Notes: generated from the letters alone by a model not told the origin. 64,000 nucleotides of DNA from Acidimicrobiales bacterium (GCA_965200005.1 OZ241331.1:543770-607769), one strand, 5' to 3'. Numbered from the stretch's first letter, positions 35,793-45,613 are shown. A program made the numbers and translations.

Positions 35793-36722
35793 ATGAGCGC
35801 CGTCCCACATTTCAGCGAGGAACAGATTGCACGATTGTGTGACCTTGAGACAGTGACCGACTGGCTTGAGCGAGCCTGGCGAGATCTGGGCAATGGAGAT
35901 GCAGCGACCACGTTGCGGGTTCGGGCCTCGGCTGATGGCTTGATGGGCAGTGCGATGGCTGCCTCGTGGCCTCGACATCAAGTCGTTGGCGGCAAGTTGT
36001 ACATCACACACAAGGGTGGTTTCGCATTCCTCGTCGGTCTGTTCAGTCCCGACGCAGGGTTGGTTGCGACCTTCGATGGTGCTGGTCTCACGGCGATCCG
36101 CACCGCTGCGGCTACTGCTCTGGCGGTGCGTCACATGACTCCACCCGATGCGCAGATCGCAGCCGTGCTCGGCACGGGTCTACAAAGCCGCCCTCATGTC
36201 GCGGCCCTAGCTCAAGAACTGCCGTTGCGTGACCTTCGAGTTTGGGGGCGTGACCTGAGCAGGGCACAAGACGTAGCTGCTTGGGGGCGCGCCCGGGGAA
36301 TACCAGCCCGAGCCGTAGTTGATGCCAATGACGCCATCAACGGGGCCCGCGTAGTCGCAACGGTCACATCTAGCTATGAGCCGCTCTTCGAGGGAGAACT
36401 GCTGCACCCAGCCGCGCTGGTGTGTGCCGTCGGTTCAACTAAAGCCGAACGCCGTGAGATCGATGCAGCAACTGTGCGCCGTGCCTGTTTTGTAGTCAGC
36501 GACAGTGCCGAGGGTGCCCGCGGCGAAGCAGGTGACCTGATCCAGGCTGCCGCTGAAGGAATCTTCGATTGGGAGAACCTCGCCGACCTCGCAGATGTGG
36601 TTGCTGGCACCGTTGAGCCACCACCACCGGGCAGCGGGATCGTGCTATTCGAATCCCAAGGTGTCGCCCTACAAGACGTGGTAATCGCGACGCTCGCGCA
36701 CCAGCGCTCTCAGGAAACCTGA
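35793..36722 (+). CDS. Ornithine cyclodeaminase/mu-crystallin family protein
   Basis: Start set at ATG 35793 (AGGAG at 35781-35785). LTAIRTAAATALA and GTGLQSR Rossmann pattern. Confidence 0.8.
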   Translation: MSAVPHFSEEQIARLCDLETVTDWLERAWRDLGNGDAATTLRVRASADGLMGSAMAASWPRHQVVGGKLYITHKGGFAFLVGLFSPDAGLVATFDGAGLTAIRTAAATALAVRHMTPPDAQIAAVLGTGLQSRPHVAALAQELPLRDLRVWGRDLSRAQDVAAWGRARGIPARAVVDANDAINGARVVATVTSSYEPLFEGELLHPAALVCAVGSTKAERREIDAATVRRACFVVSDSAEGARGEAGDLIQAAAEGIFDWENLADLADVVAGTVEPPPPGSGIVLFESQGVALQDVVIATLAHQRSQET

Positions 36723-36728
36723 CTTGGA

Positions 36729-37178
36729 CTAGCTGCGGCCGTCGGGCGGCCCGAAGGACTGTTGGGGCACTCCGCGCATCAGTGAGAAGTGTCCCTGGAC
36801 ACCGCGCCACGAGTCGGCGGTCGTATCGCGAGTTAGCACGAACGAGCACCGGCCAGGGCGGTTAAAGGGCTCACCCTCTTGGGTGTATCCGGTTGATTCC
36901 CAGGTGACCATCACGGCTGCCATCAGCCGGTCACCCGAAACCCGGCAGCGCATCGCTTCGGTTAGCAGCCGAAAGCCAGTCATCGTCGGCCAGACATTGC
37001 GCCATTGCGAGTTAACGAAGTGGTTGACGCCAACAACGATGTCTGTCCAGGTGCTGAAGCTGTTCACCTCCGGGTCCATCATCGCCGCCGCTTCCTCGTA
37101 GCGAAGGTTGGCGACATGACCCGAGAACCGGTCTACCCAGGCACGCAGTGAAGCAACGTCCTCCGCTGTAGCACCCAC
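36729..37178 (-). CDS. SnoaL-like/NTF2-fold protein
   Basis: About 150 aa with a DUF4440-like pattern. Start set at GTG 37178 to avoid a 47-nt overlap with tpx; ATG 37235 is the alternative. Confidence 0.45.
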   Translation of the reverse strand: MGATAEDVASLRAWVDRFSGHVANLRYEEAAAMMDPEVNSFSTWTDIVVGVNHFVNSQWRNVWPTMTGFRLLTEAMRCRVSGDRLMAAVMVTWESTGYTQEGEPFNRPGRCSFVLTRDTTADSWRGVQGHFSLMRGVPQQSFGPPDGRS

Positions 37179-37188
37179 TTTGGCGGGG

Positions 37189-37689
37189 TTACCCGAGGGC
37201 GGAGATGGCCGCCTCGTAGTCGGGTTCATTGGCAATCTCCCCGACCAACTCCGTGTGCAGCACGGTGCCGTCAGCGTCGATCACAACCACGGCCCTGGCG
37301 CAGAGTCCGGTGAGCGGACCCTCGGCCATGCCTACGCCGTAGTCGTCGAAGAACTCAGGATTGCGGAATGTGGAGCCCGTCACCACATTCTTGAGGCCCT
37401 CGGCGCCGCAGAAACGGCCGGCCGCGAAGGGCAGGTCGGCGGATACGCACACTACGGCTGTGTCGCCGATCTCGGAGGCGCGCTGGTTGAAAGTTCTCAC
37501 GCTGGTAGCGCATGTTGGCGTGTCGACCGAGGGGAAGATGTTGAGTATCACCTTGCGTCCCGCCAGCGACTGTGACGACACGGCTCCGAGATCGCCTCCC
37601 GTGAGGTTGAACTCCGGAGCCTGGGCGCCTACCTCGGGCAGGTCGCCGGTGGTGTTGATCGGGTTACCTAGAAATGCTGTCTGACCCAC
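37189..37689 (-). CDS. tpx: Thiol peroxidase
   Basis: PSVDTPTCATSVRTFN peroxidatic Cys motif; 166 aa. AGGAGG lies 6 nt upstream of GTG 37689. Confidence 0.9.
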   Translation of the reverse strand: MGQTAFLGNPINTTGDLPEVGAQAPEFNLTGGDLGAVSSQSLAGRKVILNIFPSVDTPTCATSVRTFNQRASEIGDTAVVCVSADLPFAAGRFCGAEGLKNVVTGSTFRNPEFFDDYGVGMAEGPLTGLCARAVVVIDADGTVLHTELVGEIANEPDYEAAISALG

Positions 37690-37905
37690 TTCCGGCCTCC
37701 TACGTCTGCTCAAAGTGCCTTGCATCCGGTTCCGCAAGCACGGCCCGGGAGCGTCGGCGATGCAGGTTACTCACACGATCACACCACCATGCCACAGCCC
37801 GATATCTGACATGTTCCACGCACGAGCACGCACCAGCGTCACGCAAGCAACTGCCGACACAAACCCATCCGTCACCATCGCAGATAACGGCGGCATCATG
37901 TAAAA

Positions 37906-38592
37906 GTGTCCGTGACCATGCTCAACCGCCGCATCTACACCGTCGCCAACGCGGCCCGGATACTGCGAGTCACTCCAAGCACGCTTATGTGGTGGCTAGA
38001 TGGACGAACGAACGGTGCCAGGGTGTACCCGCCCGTCATCCGACGCGAGCCAACCGGCGAACGAACTTTGACGTGGGCAGAGTTCGTTGAAGCTGGGCTG
38101 TTAAGGCAGTATCGCAAGAAGCTTGGTGTGCGTCTTCACGAGATCCGCGAGTTTGTGACTGTGCTCCGGCAGGAACTTGAGTTAGAGCACCCACTCGTGC
38201 ACTCCAGACCATGGGTTGGCGAAGGCCGCAGGTTGGTCGTGGATCTTCAGCAAACGTGTGGTCTGAAGCCTGAACTCTGCCTGATCACTCCTGTGAGTGG
38301 CCAGTTTCTGCTGCTGCCTCCCGCGGAATCCTTTCTGCAACGTGTCGATTGGGAAGCCGACGTAGCCGCGGCTTGGAGGCCCCACGACGATGAACTCTCA
38401 CCTGTGAGGTGCCGGCCTGGCCGCCGGTTCGGACGACCGATGATCAAGGGAATTAGCACCACAGCGATCGTCGAGCATGTCGATGGCGGAGAGTCCGAGA
38501 ACGAAGTGGCTGACCAGTTCAACCTCTCACCCCAGGAAGTTCGTTGGGCAATGGCCTACGAGACATCCCGCACGACGCTGCGCGCCGCGTGA
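37906..38592 (+). CDS. DUF433-domain protein with an N-terminal MerR-like HTH (putative antitoxin)
   Basis: YTVANAARILRVTPSTLMWW HTH-like segment. C-terminal GRPMIKGISTTAIVEHVDGGESENEVADQFNLSPQEVRWAMAYE matches the DUF433 pattern. Confidence 0.65.
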   Translation: MSVTMLNRRIYTVANAARILRVTPSTLMWWLDGRTNGARVYPPVIRREPTGERTLTWAEFVEAGLLRQYRKKLGVRLHEIREFVTVLRQELELEHPLVHSRPWVGEGRRLVVDLQQTCGLKPELCLITPVSGQFLLLPPAESFLQRVDWEADVAAAWRPHDDELSPVRCRPGRRFGRPMIKGISTTAIVEHVDGGESENEVADQFNLSPQEVRWAMAYETSRTTLRAA

Positions 38593-39023
38593 AGCGCGCG
38601 ACGGTCCGCTTCTACTTCGACGCCGATGTTTTGGGGCTCGGCAAGCTCATCGCAAGCATCCGGCCCGATGCCACTTACCCAGGCGACCCAGGAGCTACTG
38701 TCCACAAGCGTCTAAGGCCACCGTGCATTGTCGCGTCACCAGATGTCGACGACATCGAGTGGATCCCACGTGTGTCCGCAGACCGGCTGATTGCCATCTC
38801 CCGCGATGCTCGTATAGCGACGCGAATGTCCGAGTTGGAGACGGTGGTTGAACACCGTGCGAGGCTCGTAATTCTGAGCAGTCGGGACGCCAGGACGCTG
38901 TGGACGCAACCCGAAGTCGTGATGCGCCAGTGGAGGCAAATCGAGCGACTCGTGGACAGAGAGGGCCCGTTCATCTATCGGGTGAGCCGTTTTGGGTTTG
39001 AGCGTGTTCCGCTATTGGACTAG
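38589..39023 (+). CDS. PIN-like/DUF5615-type putative toxin partner of DUF433
   Basis: The GTG start overlaps the upstream stop (GTGA). VRFYFDADV N-terminal acidic motif. Usual gene order for DUF433-associated modules. Confidence 0.55.
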   Translation: MKRATVRFYFDADVLGLGKLIASIRPDATYPGDPGATVHKRLRPPCIVASPDVDDIEWIPRVSADRLIAISRDARIATRMSELETVVEHRARLVILSSRDARTLWTQPEVVMRQWRQIERLVDREGPFIYRVSRFGFERVPLLD

Positions 39024-39084
39024 CAGCTGGTGCTATGGCGGTGATCGGTTTGCGAGGTGAGCTGAGGCGGTATACAACGCGGTC

Positions 39085-40056
39085 ATGACTGTTACTCGGT
39101 TTGGGTTTAATATCCCTAGCTTCACTTACCGCGGTGTTGCGGATGACCAGCTCTTTGAGACGGTTTGTGCTGCTGCGAATGCTGCCGAGAGCAGCGGCTT
39201 TGACTCGCTGTGGCTGATGGACCACTTCCATCAGATCCCACCGATGGGATCAGCCGACGAACCGATGCTTGAGCCTTACACCATGCTGGCCGCGCTAGCG
39301 CCGCGAACACGAAGCTTGCGTCTCGGCACTCTCGTTACCGGTGTGACGTACCGCAACCCGGCGCTGCTTGCTAAGACCGTGACCACACTCGATGTGATCT
39401 CGGGTGGTCGAGCCATGCTCGGGATCGGCGCCGCCTGGTTTGAAGCCGAACATGTCGCCTACGGCTACGAGTTCTTGCCGGTCGGCGAGCGCATGAAACG
39501 TCTCGAAGACACTGTGCAGATCTGTCGCGCCATGTTCGCAGGTGGCCCGGACAACTTCTCTGGGAGTCGCCACGAAATCGCCGGTGCCCTCAACCGACCA
39601 CTGCCGATTACACCCGGCGGCCCGCCGATCCTCGTGGGTGGTGGCGGCGAGCAACGCACGCTCCAGATCGCCGCTCGACATGCTGATGCTTGCAACATCT
39701 TCGGTGATCCAGCCACGATCCGGCACAAACTCAATGTGCTCGAAGAACACTGCGAGCGCGCTGGCCGCGACCCTGCCGAAGTTTGCAAGACACGCTTGGG
39801 TGCTCTGGTTATGTCTGACAACTCTGCGGATGCCGCCCGTCTAGGTGCTGAGTTGCGTACCACCCGCAACATGGGCATGGAGAAGTACCGGGGCTACGCG
39901 ATCGAGGGCGATCCCGATGGTGTGTGTGAGCAGGTGGCGGCTCTATTCGAAGCAGGCTTGGATGGCCTGATCTTCAACATGCACGACGCCACAGATCTCG
40001 GAGCAATCCACGAAGCTGGAGCAGTCCTAAACAGCAACTTCGCAACAGCTACCTAG
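39085..40056 (+). CDS. LLM-class F420-dependent oxidoreductase
   Basis: FDSLWLMDHF, GGRAMLGIGAAW and PPILVGGGGE patterns. Confidence 0.85.
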   Translation: MTVTRFGFNIPSFTYRGVADDQLFETVCAAANAAESSGFDSLWLMDHFHQIPPMGSADEPMLEPYTMLAALAPRTRSLRLGTLVTGVTYRNPALLAKTVTTLDVISGGRAMLGIGAAWFEAEHVAYGYEFLPVGERMKRLEDTVQICRAMFAGGPDNFSGSRHEIAGALNRPLPITPGGPPILVGGGGEQRTLQIAARHADACNIFGDPATIRHKLNVLEEHCERAGRDPAEVCKTRLGALVMSDNSADAARLGAELRTTRNMGMEKYRGYAIEGDPDGVCEQVAALFEAGLDGLIFNMHDATDLGAIHEAGAVLNSNFATAT

Positions 40057-40180
40057 TTCACAGTGCCTTGTGGCGCAAGCCTTGAGCCTTCCACGCATCA
40101 AAGAGACATCCTCAACTGCTCAGTGTTGTAGCTGTTTGGCTCTCGGATGCGGCCAGCATGCGGTTGGCTACACGCCGCAG

Positions 40181-42688
40181 CTAGGCACTGGCGGGGAGGA
40201 CGACGGCTTCTACTACTCGGCCCGAGACTCCTGCGATTTCGGGTAACGACGGCAGCGTCTTGAGTTCGCCGCTGCGGCGCAACTCGAGAACAGCAGCGTG
40301 ATACTCCTCAAGCGCTTCATATGCACCTGAGGCGTAGTAACCACGGCCATCAAGGAACGGCCCTACGGTGCGATCAACGATCGCGCTTACGTCTGAGCCC
40401 GTGATTGTCTTGTGCGTCTCAAGAGCATGAGCGACCGCTAGCACCTCTAGCCGGTTGGCCTCCAGTAGCGCCCTCACGGCCCCGTAACGATCAGCTAGGC
40501 GCTGTTCGATCTGATCACCGAGGCCCATCCGCAACAGTTCACGCTCAGGGTCTTCGTCATCGCCTCGCCGCTGGCCACCACCGATACCGAACTGTCGCTG
40601 CACAGCGTGACTCGCCAACGTGTCACCCATGCCCCAGTAGCCCGACATCATCGCCGCCAAATGCGTGGCGTTGCGCAAATCGCCGCCAACACCCGAAGAG
40701 TTGTCGTCACCGAAGAAAAGCCGCTCCCCGGCCAGCGACGCCAGCGACACCTCCAAGTCGGCCTCGTACTCAGATCGCCAGTGCGTGAAGCGGTCTTCGG
40801 GCGGGATGTGTGACACGAAACCACCGACATTTCCCCGCCGCTCAATCGTCGCTAGGTCAATCATGCGGTGACGGCTCACCCGGTGCAAGGCAACAGCGTG
40901 ACAAGCCTCATGGATCGCTAGGGCATGTCGTTCGTGTTCGACATAGTCAAAGTCGTCAGCTAGCCCGTGCTCTTTGAGTTGCTTCGCTTTGATGACATCT
41001 GCCCAGTTGATGACACGGCGATCGTCACGGATGGCGTTGATCAAAGCCTCGTTCACCATGTCTTTGATGGTTGCGCCTGTGGCGTATGGCGTGATCGTGG
41101 CGAGCTTGTTGATGTCCTTGTCGGTGAGTTCGTGATCGACCTTGGCGAGGTATCCCTCGAAGGTGCGTTTACGGCCTTCCTGGGTGGGGTAACCGACCTT
41201 GTAGATGCGATCGATCCGACCCGGCCGCAACATGGCAGGGTCGAGCGCCTCAGGCAGGTTCGACGCCATCATCACCAGGATGCGGTACTTCGGTGGCGGC
41301 TTTGGTCGCATCCCGAGCATCTTGCGGATGATGCGATTGAAGAAACCTCTGGGCTTCTTTAGGCCCGACAATTCGGCGAGCAGCGCCTGCAGGGTGCCCA
41401 TTCCGCCGCCACCGCCACCGCCACCCATGATGATCGACTCACGGCGAGGCCCCGCCCAGCGGCCCTCTAGTGGATGGCCGGTTTCAGGGCCTCCGTAAGC
41501 ACCTAGCCGGCCCGCTGCATCAGGGCCGTCGAGGGCAATGTCATATAGGGCACGACGAGCACCTGCTGACATGTACGGGTAACTCGATCCGGCTTCTGAA
41601 GCGTCCCGCAGGAACTGCCCGAACCGAGCCGATCCAAATCCGCCGTCTCCACCAACGGCGGCACCCCGGTTTCCGAGCGCGTCGGCTTCATCAAAGAAGA
41701 CGACTACTCCTCCGTAGTGCAGAGCCAACTTGCGAAGCTTGCGAAAGAGTCCCTTGACTTTGAGGATCCCCACGCCGAAGAACATGTTCATGAACGCACC
41801 TGGTTCCACAAACACGAACGGCTTGCCAGTCTCACCCGCAGCGGCCTCAGCGAGCAGCGTCTTGCCAGTTCCGGGAGGGCCGTATAGCAAGATGCCACCG
41901 GGTGCATAACCGCCTACGGCTTCGATCGATTCAGGATTCTCAAGGAAGATCAAGTTCTCGCGCACCCGCTCTTTGACAGGGTCTTGTCCCCAGACATCAT
42001 CAAAACGGGTGTCAATGTCATCGGGAAAGTAAGTCTCAACGCCACCTCTTGACAGGAACCAGAACAGCAGCACGAACTGGCTGATCAGCAGCAGCGGGTA
42101 GATGATCAACCGAGCCGCCCACGGCAGCGCACTGTTGAGAAGTCCGGGGAGCCCTATTAGCGCACTGACGGGATTCTGATCGGTGAACTGCCCGATGATT
42201 ACACCAAACAGCAGCAACCAGAACAAGATCCGCAGCACCCGACCGATGCGGAAACGCACCCAGGGATCGACTCTTGAGCGCCGATTCTCGAAACGGCCAA
42301 AGACCTTGAACTTCCAGAATCGGTAGTAGCCCGACCAGCGTTCGGCGATGAGGAAGTGCGTCTGGCGTAGCACCTCGAATCCCATGAGAACACCGATCCA
42401 GGCCTGGCTGGAGACCGTTTCCCAGAAGCCGTCCGCTACCGATTTGATCGGGTTGTGATTGAGCTTCTGCCACCAGAAGAAACCGAATAAAACAGTGCCG
42501 AGGATCAGATATTTGGATCGATCCCAAAAGTCGAGTGGACGGCGGGTGAGCCGCTCAGCGTCACGTGGGCGTGATGCGTTAGAACGAAGATTCAAACCCA
42601 GTGTGGGCGTCGATTCTGACTTTGCTTTGCTCTTTCGGCTCTTTCTCCGACTTCGACTCTTGAGCCGACTAAACCGGGGGCGCCACAT
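40181..42688 (-). CDS. FtsH-like AAA+ zinc metalloprotease paralogue with a multi-TM N-terminus and an enlarged AAA domain
   Basis: Walker A GPPGTGKT, Walker B VFFDEADA, SRH ASNLPEALDPAMLRPGRIDR and M41-type HEACHAV. About 100 extra residues, including a G8 run, sit between Walker B and sensor-1. Confidence 0.85.
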   Translation of the reverse strand: MWRPRFSRLKSRSRRKSRKSKAKSESTPTLGLNLRSNASRPRDAERLTRRPLDFWDRSKYLILGTVLFGFFWWQKLNHNPIKSVADGFWETVSSQAWIGVLMGFEVLRQTHFLIAERWSGYYRFWKFKVFGRFENRRSRVDPWVRFRIGRVLRILFWLLLFGVIIGQFTDQNPVSALIGLPGLLNSALPWAARLIIYPLLLISQFVLLFWFLSRGGVETYFPDDIDTRFDDVWGQDPVKERVRENLIFLENPESIEAVGGYAPGGILLYGPPGTGKTLLAEAAAGETGKPFVFVEPGAFMNMFFGVGILKVKGLFRKLRKLALHYGGVVVFFDEADALGNRGAAVGGDGGFGSARFGQFLRDASEAGSSYPYMSAGARRALYDIALDGPDAAGRLGAYGGPETGHPLEGRWAGPRRESIIMGGGGGGGGMGTLQALLAELSGLKKPRGFFNRIIRKMLGMRPKPPPKYRILVMMASNLPEALDPAMLRPGRIDRIYKVGYPTQEGRKRTFEGYLAKVDHELTDKDINKLATITPYATGATIKDMVNEALINAIRDDRRVINWADVIKAKQLKEHGLADDFDYVEHERHALAIHEACHAVALHRVSRHRMIDLATIERRGNVGGFVSHIPPEDRFTHWRSEYEADLEVSLASLAGERLFFGDDNSSGVGGDLRNATHLAAMMSGYWGMGDTLASHAVQRQFGIGGGQRRGDDEDPERELLRMGLGDQIEQRLADRYGAVRALLEANRLEVLAVAHALETHKTITGSDVSAIVDRTVGPFLDGRGYYASGAYEALEEYHAAVLELRRSGELKTLPSLPEIAGVSGRVVEAVVLPASA

Positions 42689-42709
42689 TGTCTCTCGCTC
42701 GCCTTACAC

Positions 42710-43351
42710 CTAGTCGCGCACTGTCACTGTGCGCATGATCTCATCAATAGAAGCTGAGTTAGCCATATAACAGCCCACACTGCAACCTAAACCCACGGTG
42801 TAGACAACGCTGTTGAGATCATCTGCCATGACGAGTTGATCTGCGATTAACTCCTGCCCAGGCCCGACTGTGTGCCGCCAAGAAATGCGATGCCCGGATA
42901 CATCGCCCCTCGAGACGACGTCGTGACTCACAACCTCAATCCCCTCATTGGCTTCGCTGAAGTCATACGGGAACAGCATCAACAGGTTCAACGAGGCGCG
43001 CATCCTGCGATCCACTGGCTGCATCTCAACGAAACCAGCAACATGTTCGGTTGATTGTGTGAGCTTGGGGGCGGCGTTAAACACTGCTCGCCAGGGAACC
43101 AGGAACTCACCGGGCAACAGTTGCGGGTTTCCTTCGGGCACGATCGAGTAGTTGACACTGCCCTCGGCCACCACAGACCAGTCCTCTGGGATCTTCAAAA
43201 AGACAGTCTCATTGTCACTTTCGACGTACTGGTAACCCGAACGTCCACATGCCCCAACAAGTGTCACAACGAGCACCAGCGCGCCGATAACCATGAGAGC
43301 GCAGGCGCGGCACCGTTGTGCCGGTTCGGAAACGCCCATAGCTCTATTCAA
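42710..43351 (-). CDS. Putative lipoprotein, function unknown
   Basis: Signal peptide ending in a lipobox-like LVGAC. Lies 21 nt upstream of the FtsH-like gene. Confidence 0.5.
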   Translation of the reverse strand: MNRAMGVSEPAQRCRACALMVIGALVLVVTLVGACGRSGYQYVESDNETVFLKIPEDWSVVAEGSVNYSIVPEGNPQLLPGEFLVPWRAVFNAAPKLTQSTEHVAGFVEMQPVDRRMRASLNLLMLFPYDFSEANEGIEVVSHDVVSRGDVSGHRISWRHTVGPGQELIADQLVMADDLNSVVYTVGLGCSVGCYMANSASIDEIMRTVTVRD

Positions 43352-43437
43352 GCAAATCTTTGCCAGCGGCTAAAGAAGAACCGCGTTCTAGCTGCTCGAC
43401 CGTGAGCCGCATCTCATGATGCTTGGGGGACGATGGA

Positions 43438-45270
43438 TTATGGAGCTAGTCGCTCAGAGACACCGCGAGCATTCAATTCGGCGGTGAGACTTGGCAGCGT
43501 GTCCTGCCACGAGCCAACTATGCCGACATCGACCTGATCGAAGATCTCGGCATCCGGATTGGAGTTAATTGCCAGGATCACACCCGCATTACGAATTCCC
43601 ACGGTGTGATTGAAACGGCCACTCGAGCCAACCGCTACGAACAACTGTGGTGCTACTGCATGACCCGTAACACCGATCTGGCGGCTGCGGGGTACCCATC
43701 CTGGGTCGGTGACACGTCGTGTTGCGCCAAGAGCCGCTCCCCCGAGCGCCTCTCGCAGCTCATCAACTTGGCTGTACCCGTCCGGGTCGACACCAACACC
43801 AACCGCGACAATCGTTCGTGCCCTGCGCAGCTCACCTGAGTCATCGTCATTCTGGACAACCTCGGTGACCTGCAAACCCGACCGCTCCGGTGCCGGTAGC
43901 ACCTCAGCCTCAAGCTCCGAGATCTCATCTCGAGGGGGCCGTGACGCCAGCACACCAGGGCGGATCGTTGCCATCTGAACGGGTGAACTCGTCAGAATGG
44001 GCGCCTGCATCCTGCCGCCGAATGCTGGCTTCCAGGCGACTAGTCGGCCGTCGGAGTCAACTTCGAGACCAACTGCGTCACCGGTCAAACCCCAACCACA
44101 GCGCGCTGCCACGATCGAAGCGATCGTTCTTCCCGAACGGGTGCCTTCGACCAGTAAACCCCATGGCAGCCGCTGCCCAGCCGCGGAAGCAAGAGCGCTG
44201 GCGTACTCGGACTCGGTGTTGGCGTCGGGGATCACCAGCACCCGATCGGCTCCCGCTGCCGCGAGAGCTTGTGTTCGTTCAGCACATGCCTGATTGGTGA
44301 CAGCGGTGACCGATCCCGAGATCTGGGAGGCAAGTTCGGAGGCTTCACTAAGTAACTCCGTGCCGACACCGGTTGCGGTGAAGAAGCACCAGATTTCCTG
44401 CTTCGTGGCAAGCGCTTCGTCGGCTGTCCCAGCAGCTACCTGCTCAGCCACGCCGTCTCGAGCGCCCGGCGACGTATCGCTTGCGGCGAGCTGAGCGTCA
44501 CCGCTGGTGTCATCGAAAGCACCCATCCGTTCGAGCAAGTCCACAGCTTCGGTAACCGAGGAAGCTCTCAATGCCCGGCGCGCAGAGCTAAACGCCCGAA
44601 CCGGCCCAACCGAGGTGGGCGACCCCGCCTCGCCACGTTGTTCTGCAGGTATCTCTAGGTCATCAGCACTCACTCTAGTGATCAGCTCGGGCGCAACCTC
44701 GGCTCGCATCTCAGGCCAAGCCTTTGACGGCCGGCACAAGCGTTCAGCCGCCGATAGCACTACGGGCAGCTTGCCCTTGACGGTGCAATAGCCGTCCTCG
44801 GTCTCGAGCCGAGCCGTAAAGGCACCCTCGTCTATCTCCAGTTCTCGCACACCGGCAGCGAACGGCAAACCCAGCAAATCCGCTAGCTCTGGCGGTACCT
44901 GCCCGGTGTCCGAGTCAAGTGAATTGAGGCCCGCGAACACCAGATCGAACGGTCCGTGCTTTCGCACTGCCGCCGCAAGAGCCACGGCCGTTGCAAGCGT
45001 GTCGCTACCGGCAAGCGAAGGGTCACAAATGTGAATGCCACGATGTGCACCTGCGGCGATCATCTCCCGCAACGCATCGTCGGCCGCTGGTGGGCCCATG
45101 GTGAACACGACAACCTCGCCGCTATCACCGGCCAACTCAACTGCTTTGGAGTTAGCTCGCCGGCAGTAGGCGTTCACTTCAAGGGAGACGCCCTCACGAA
45201 CGATCCTGCCACCCTCCATCCGGAACTCAGCCGGGGCGGGAATCTGTTTGACTAGTACCGCAATTCTCAC
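43438..45270 (-). CDS. Fused electron transfer flavoprotein, beta (FixA-like) then alpha (FixB-like)
   Basis: N-terminal MRIAVLVKQIP...EVNAY (ETF-beta). C-terminal ...PQLFVAVGSSGRFNHTVGIRNAGVILAINSNPDAEIF (ETF-alpha FAD region). A single 610-aa ORF. Confidence 0.85.
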   Translation of the reverse strand: MRIAVLVKQIPAPAEFRMEGGRIVREGVSLEVNAYCRRANSKAVELAGDSGEVVVFTMGPPAADDALREMIAAGAHRGIHICDPSLAGSDTLATAVALAAAVRKHGPFDLVFAGLNSLDSDTGQVPPELADLLGLPFAAGVRELEIDEGAFTARLETEDGYCTVKGKLPVVLSAAERLCRPSKAWPEMRAEVAPELITRVSADDLEIPAEQRGEAGSPTSVGPVRAFSSARRALRASSVTEAVDLLERMGAFDDTSGDAQLAASDTSPGARDGVAEQVAAGTADEALATKQEIWCFFTATGVGTELLSEASELASQISGSVTAVTNQACAERTQALAAAGADRVLVIPDANTESEYASALASAAGQRLPWGLLVEGTRSGRTIASIVAARCGWGLTGDAVGLEVDSDGRLVAWKPAFGGRMQAPILTSSPVQMATIRPGVLASRPPRDEISELEAEVLPAPERSGLQVTEVVQNDDDSGELRRARTIVAVGVGVDPDGYSQVDELREALGGAALGATRRVTDPGWVPRSRQIGVTGHAVAPQLFVAVGSSGRFNHTVGIRNAGVILAINSNPDAEIFDQVDVGIVGSWQDTLPSLTAELNARGVSERLAP

Positions 45271-45332
45271 AACCGCTAGGTATACCCGCGCTTAGCCCCC
45301 AGCCCGAACCCGGCAACAATCGCCCACTTGGA

Positions 45333-45518
45333 TCACCAAGGTTCTGCCTCAATCATTGCGATCGTCGACTCGTCTGACCATCCAATCTCGCCTTCGGTTT
45401 GAGGTTGACACTTGTAACCCTCGACGATCGCTACCGCTTGTAGTTGGCGCTCATTGTCTTCGTCCTGGCGGTCGACTTGGGCGAACCTTTCATCTATTGA
45501 TGTGATTCGTTGTTCCAT
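45333..45518 (-). CDS. Small acidic hypothetical protein
   Basis: 61-aa ORF in a locally lower-GC patch. No recognisable motif. Confidence 0.3.
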   Translation of the reverse strand: MEQRITSIDERFAQVDRQDEDNERQLQAVAIVEGYKCQPQTEGEIGWSDESTIAMIEAEPW

Positions 45519-45555
45519 TCACTGAGATTAACGCGCCATGCATTTAATTGTGACG

Positions 45556-45596
45556 TTCGTGTGTCACCTGTAGGTCATTCGTGTGTCACCTGCAGG
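45556..45596. promoter_or_regulatory. Two 19-nt direct repeats (22-bp period) upstream of the small ORF; candidate operator
   Basis: TTCGTGTGTCACCTGTAGG at 45556-45574 and TTCGTGTGTCACCTGCAGG at 45578-45596. GTGAC (45550-45554) and GTCAC (45563-45567) form inverted arms. Confidence 0.35.
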
Positions 45597-45613
45597 AGCC
45601 TCAGATGTTGTGG

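Noticed and set aside
41403-41426. CCGCCA-type triplet repeat
   Set aside because: It encodes the Gly8 run of the FtsH-like insertion on the minus strand. This is noted within that finding and is not an independent feature.
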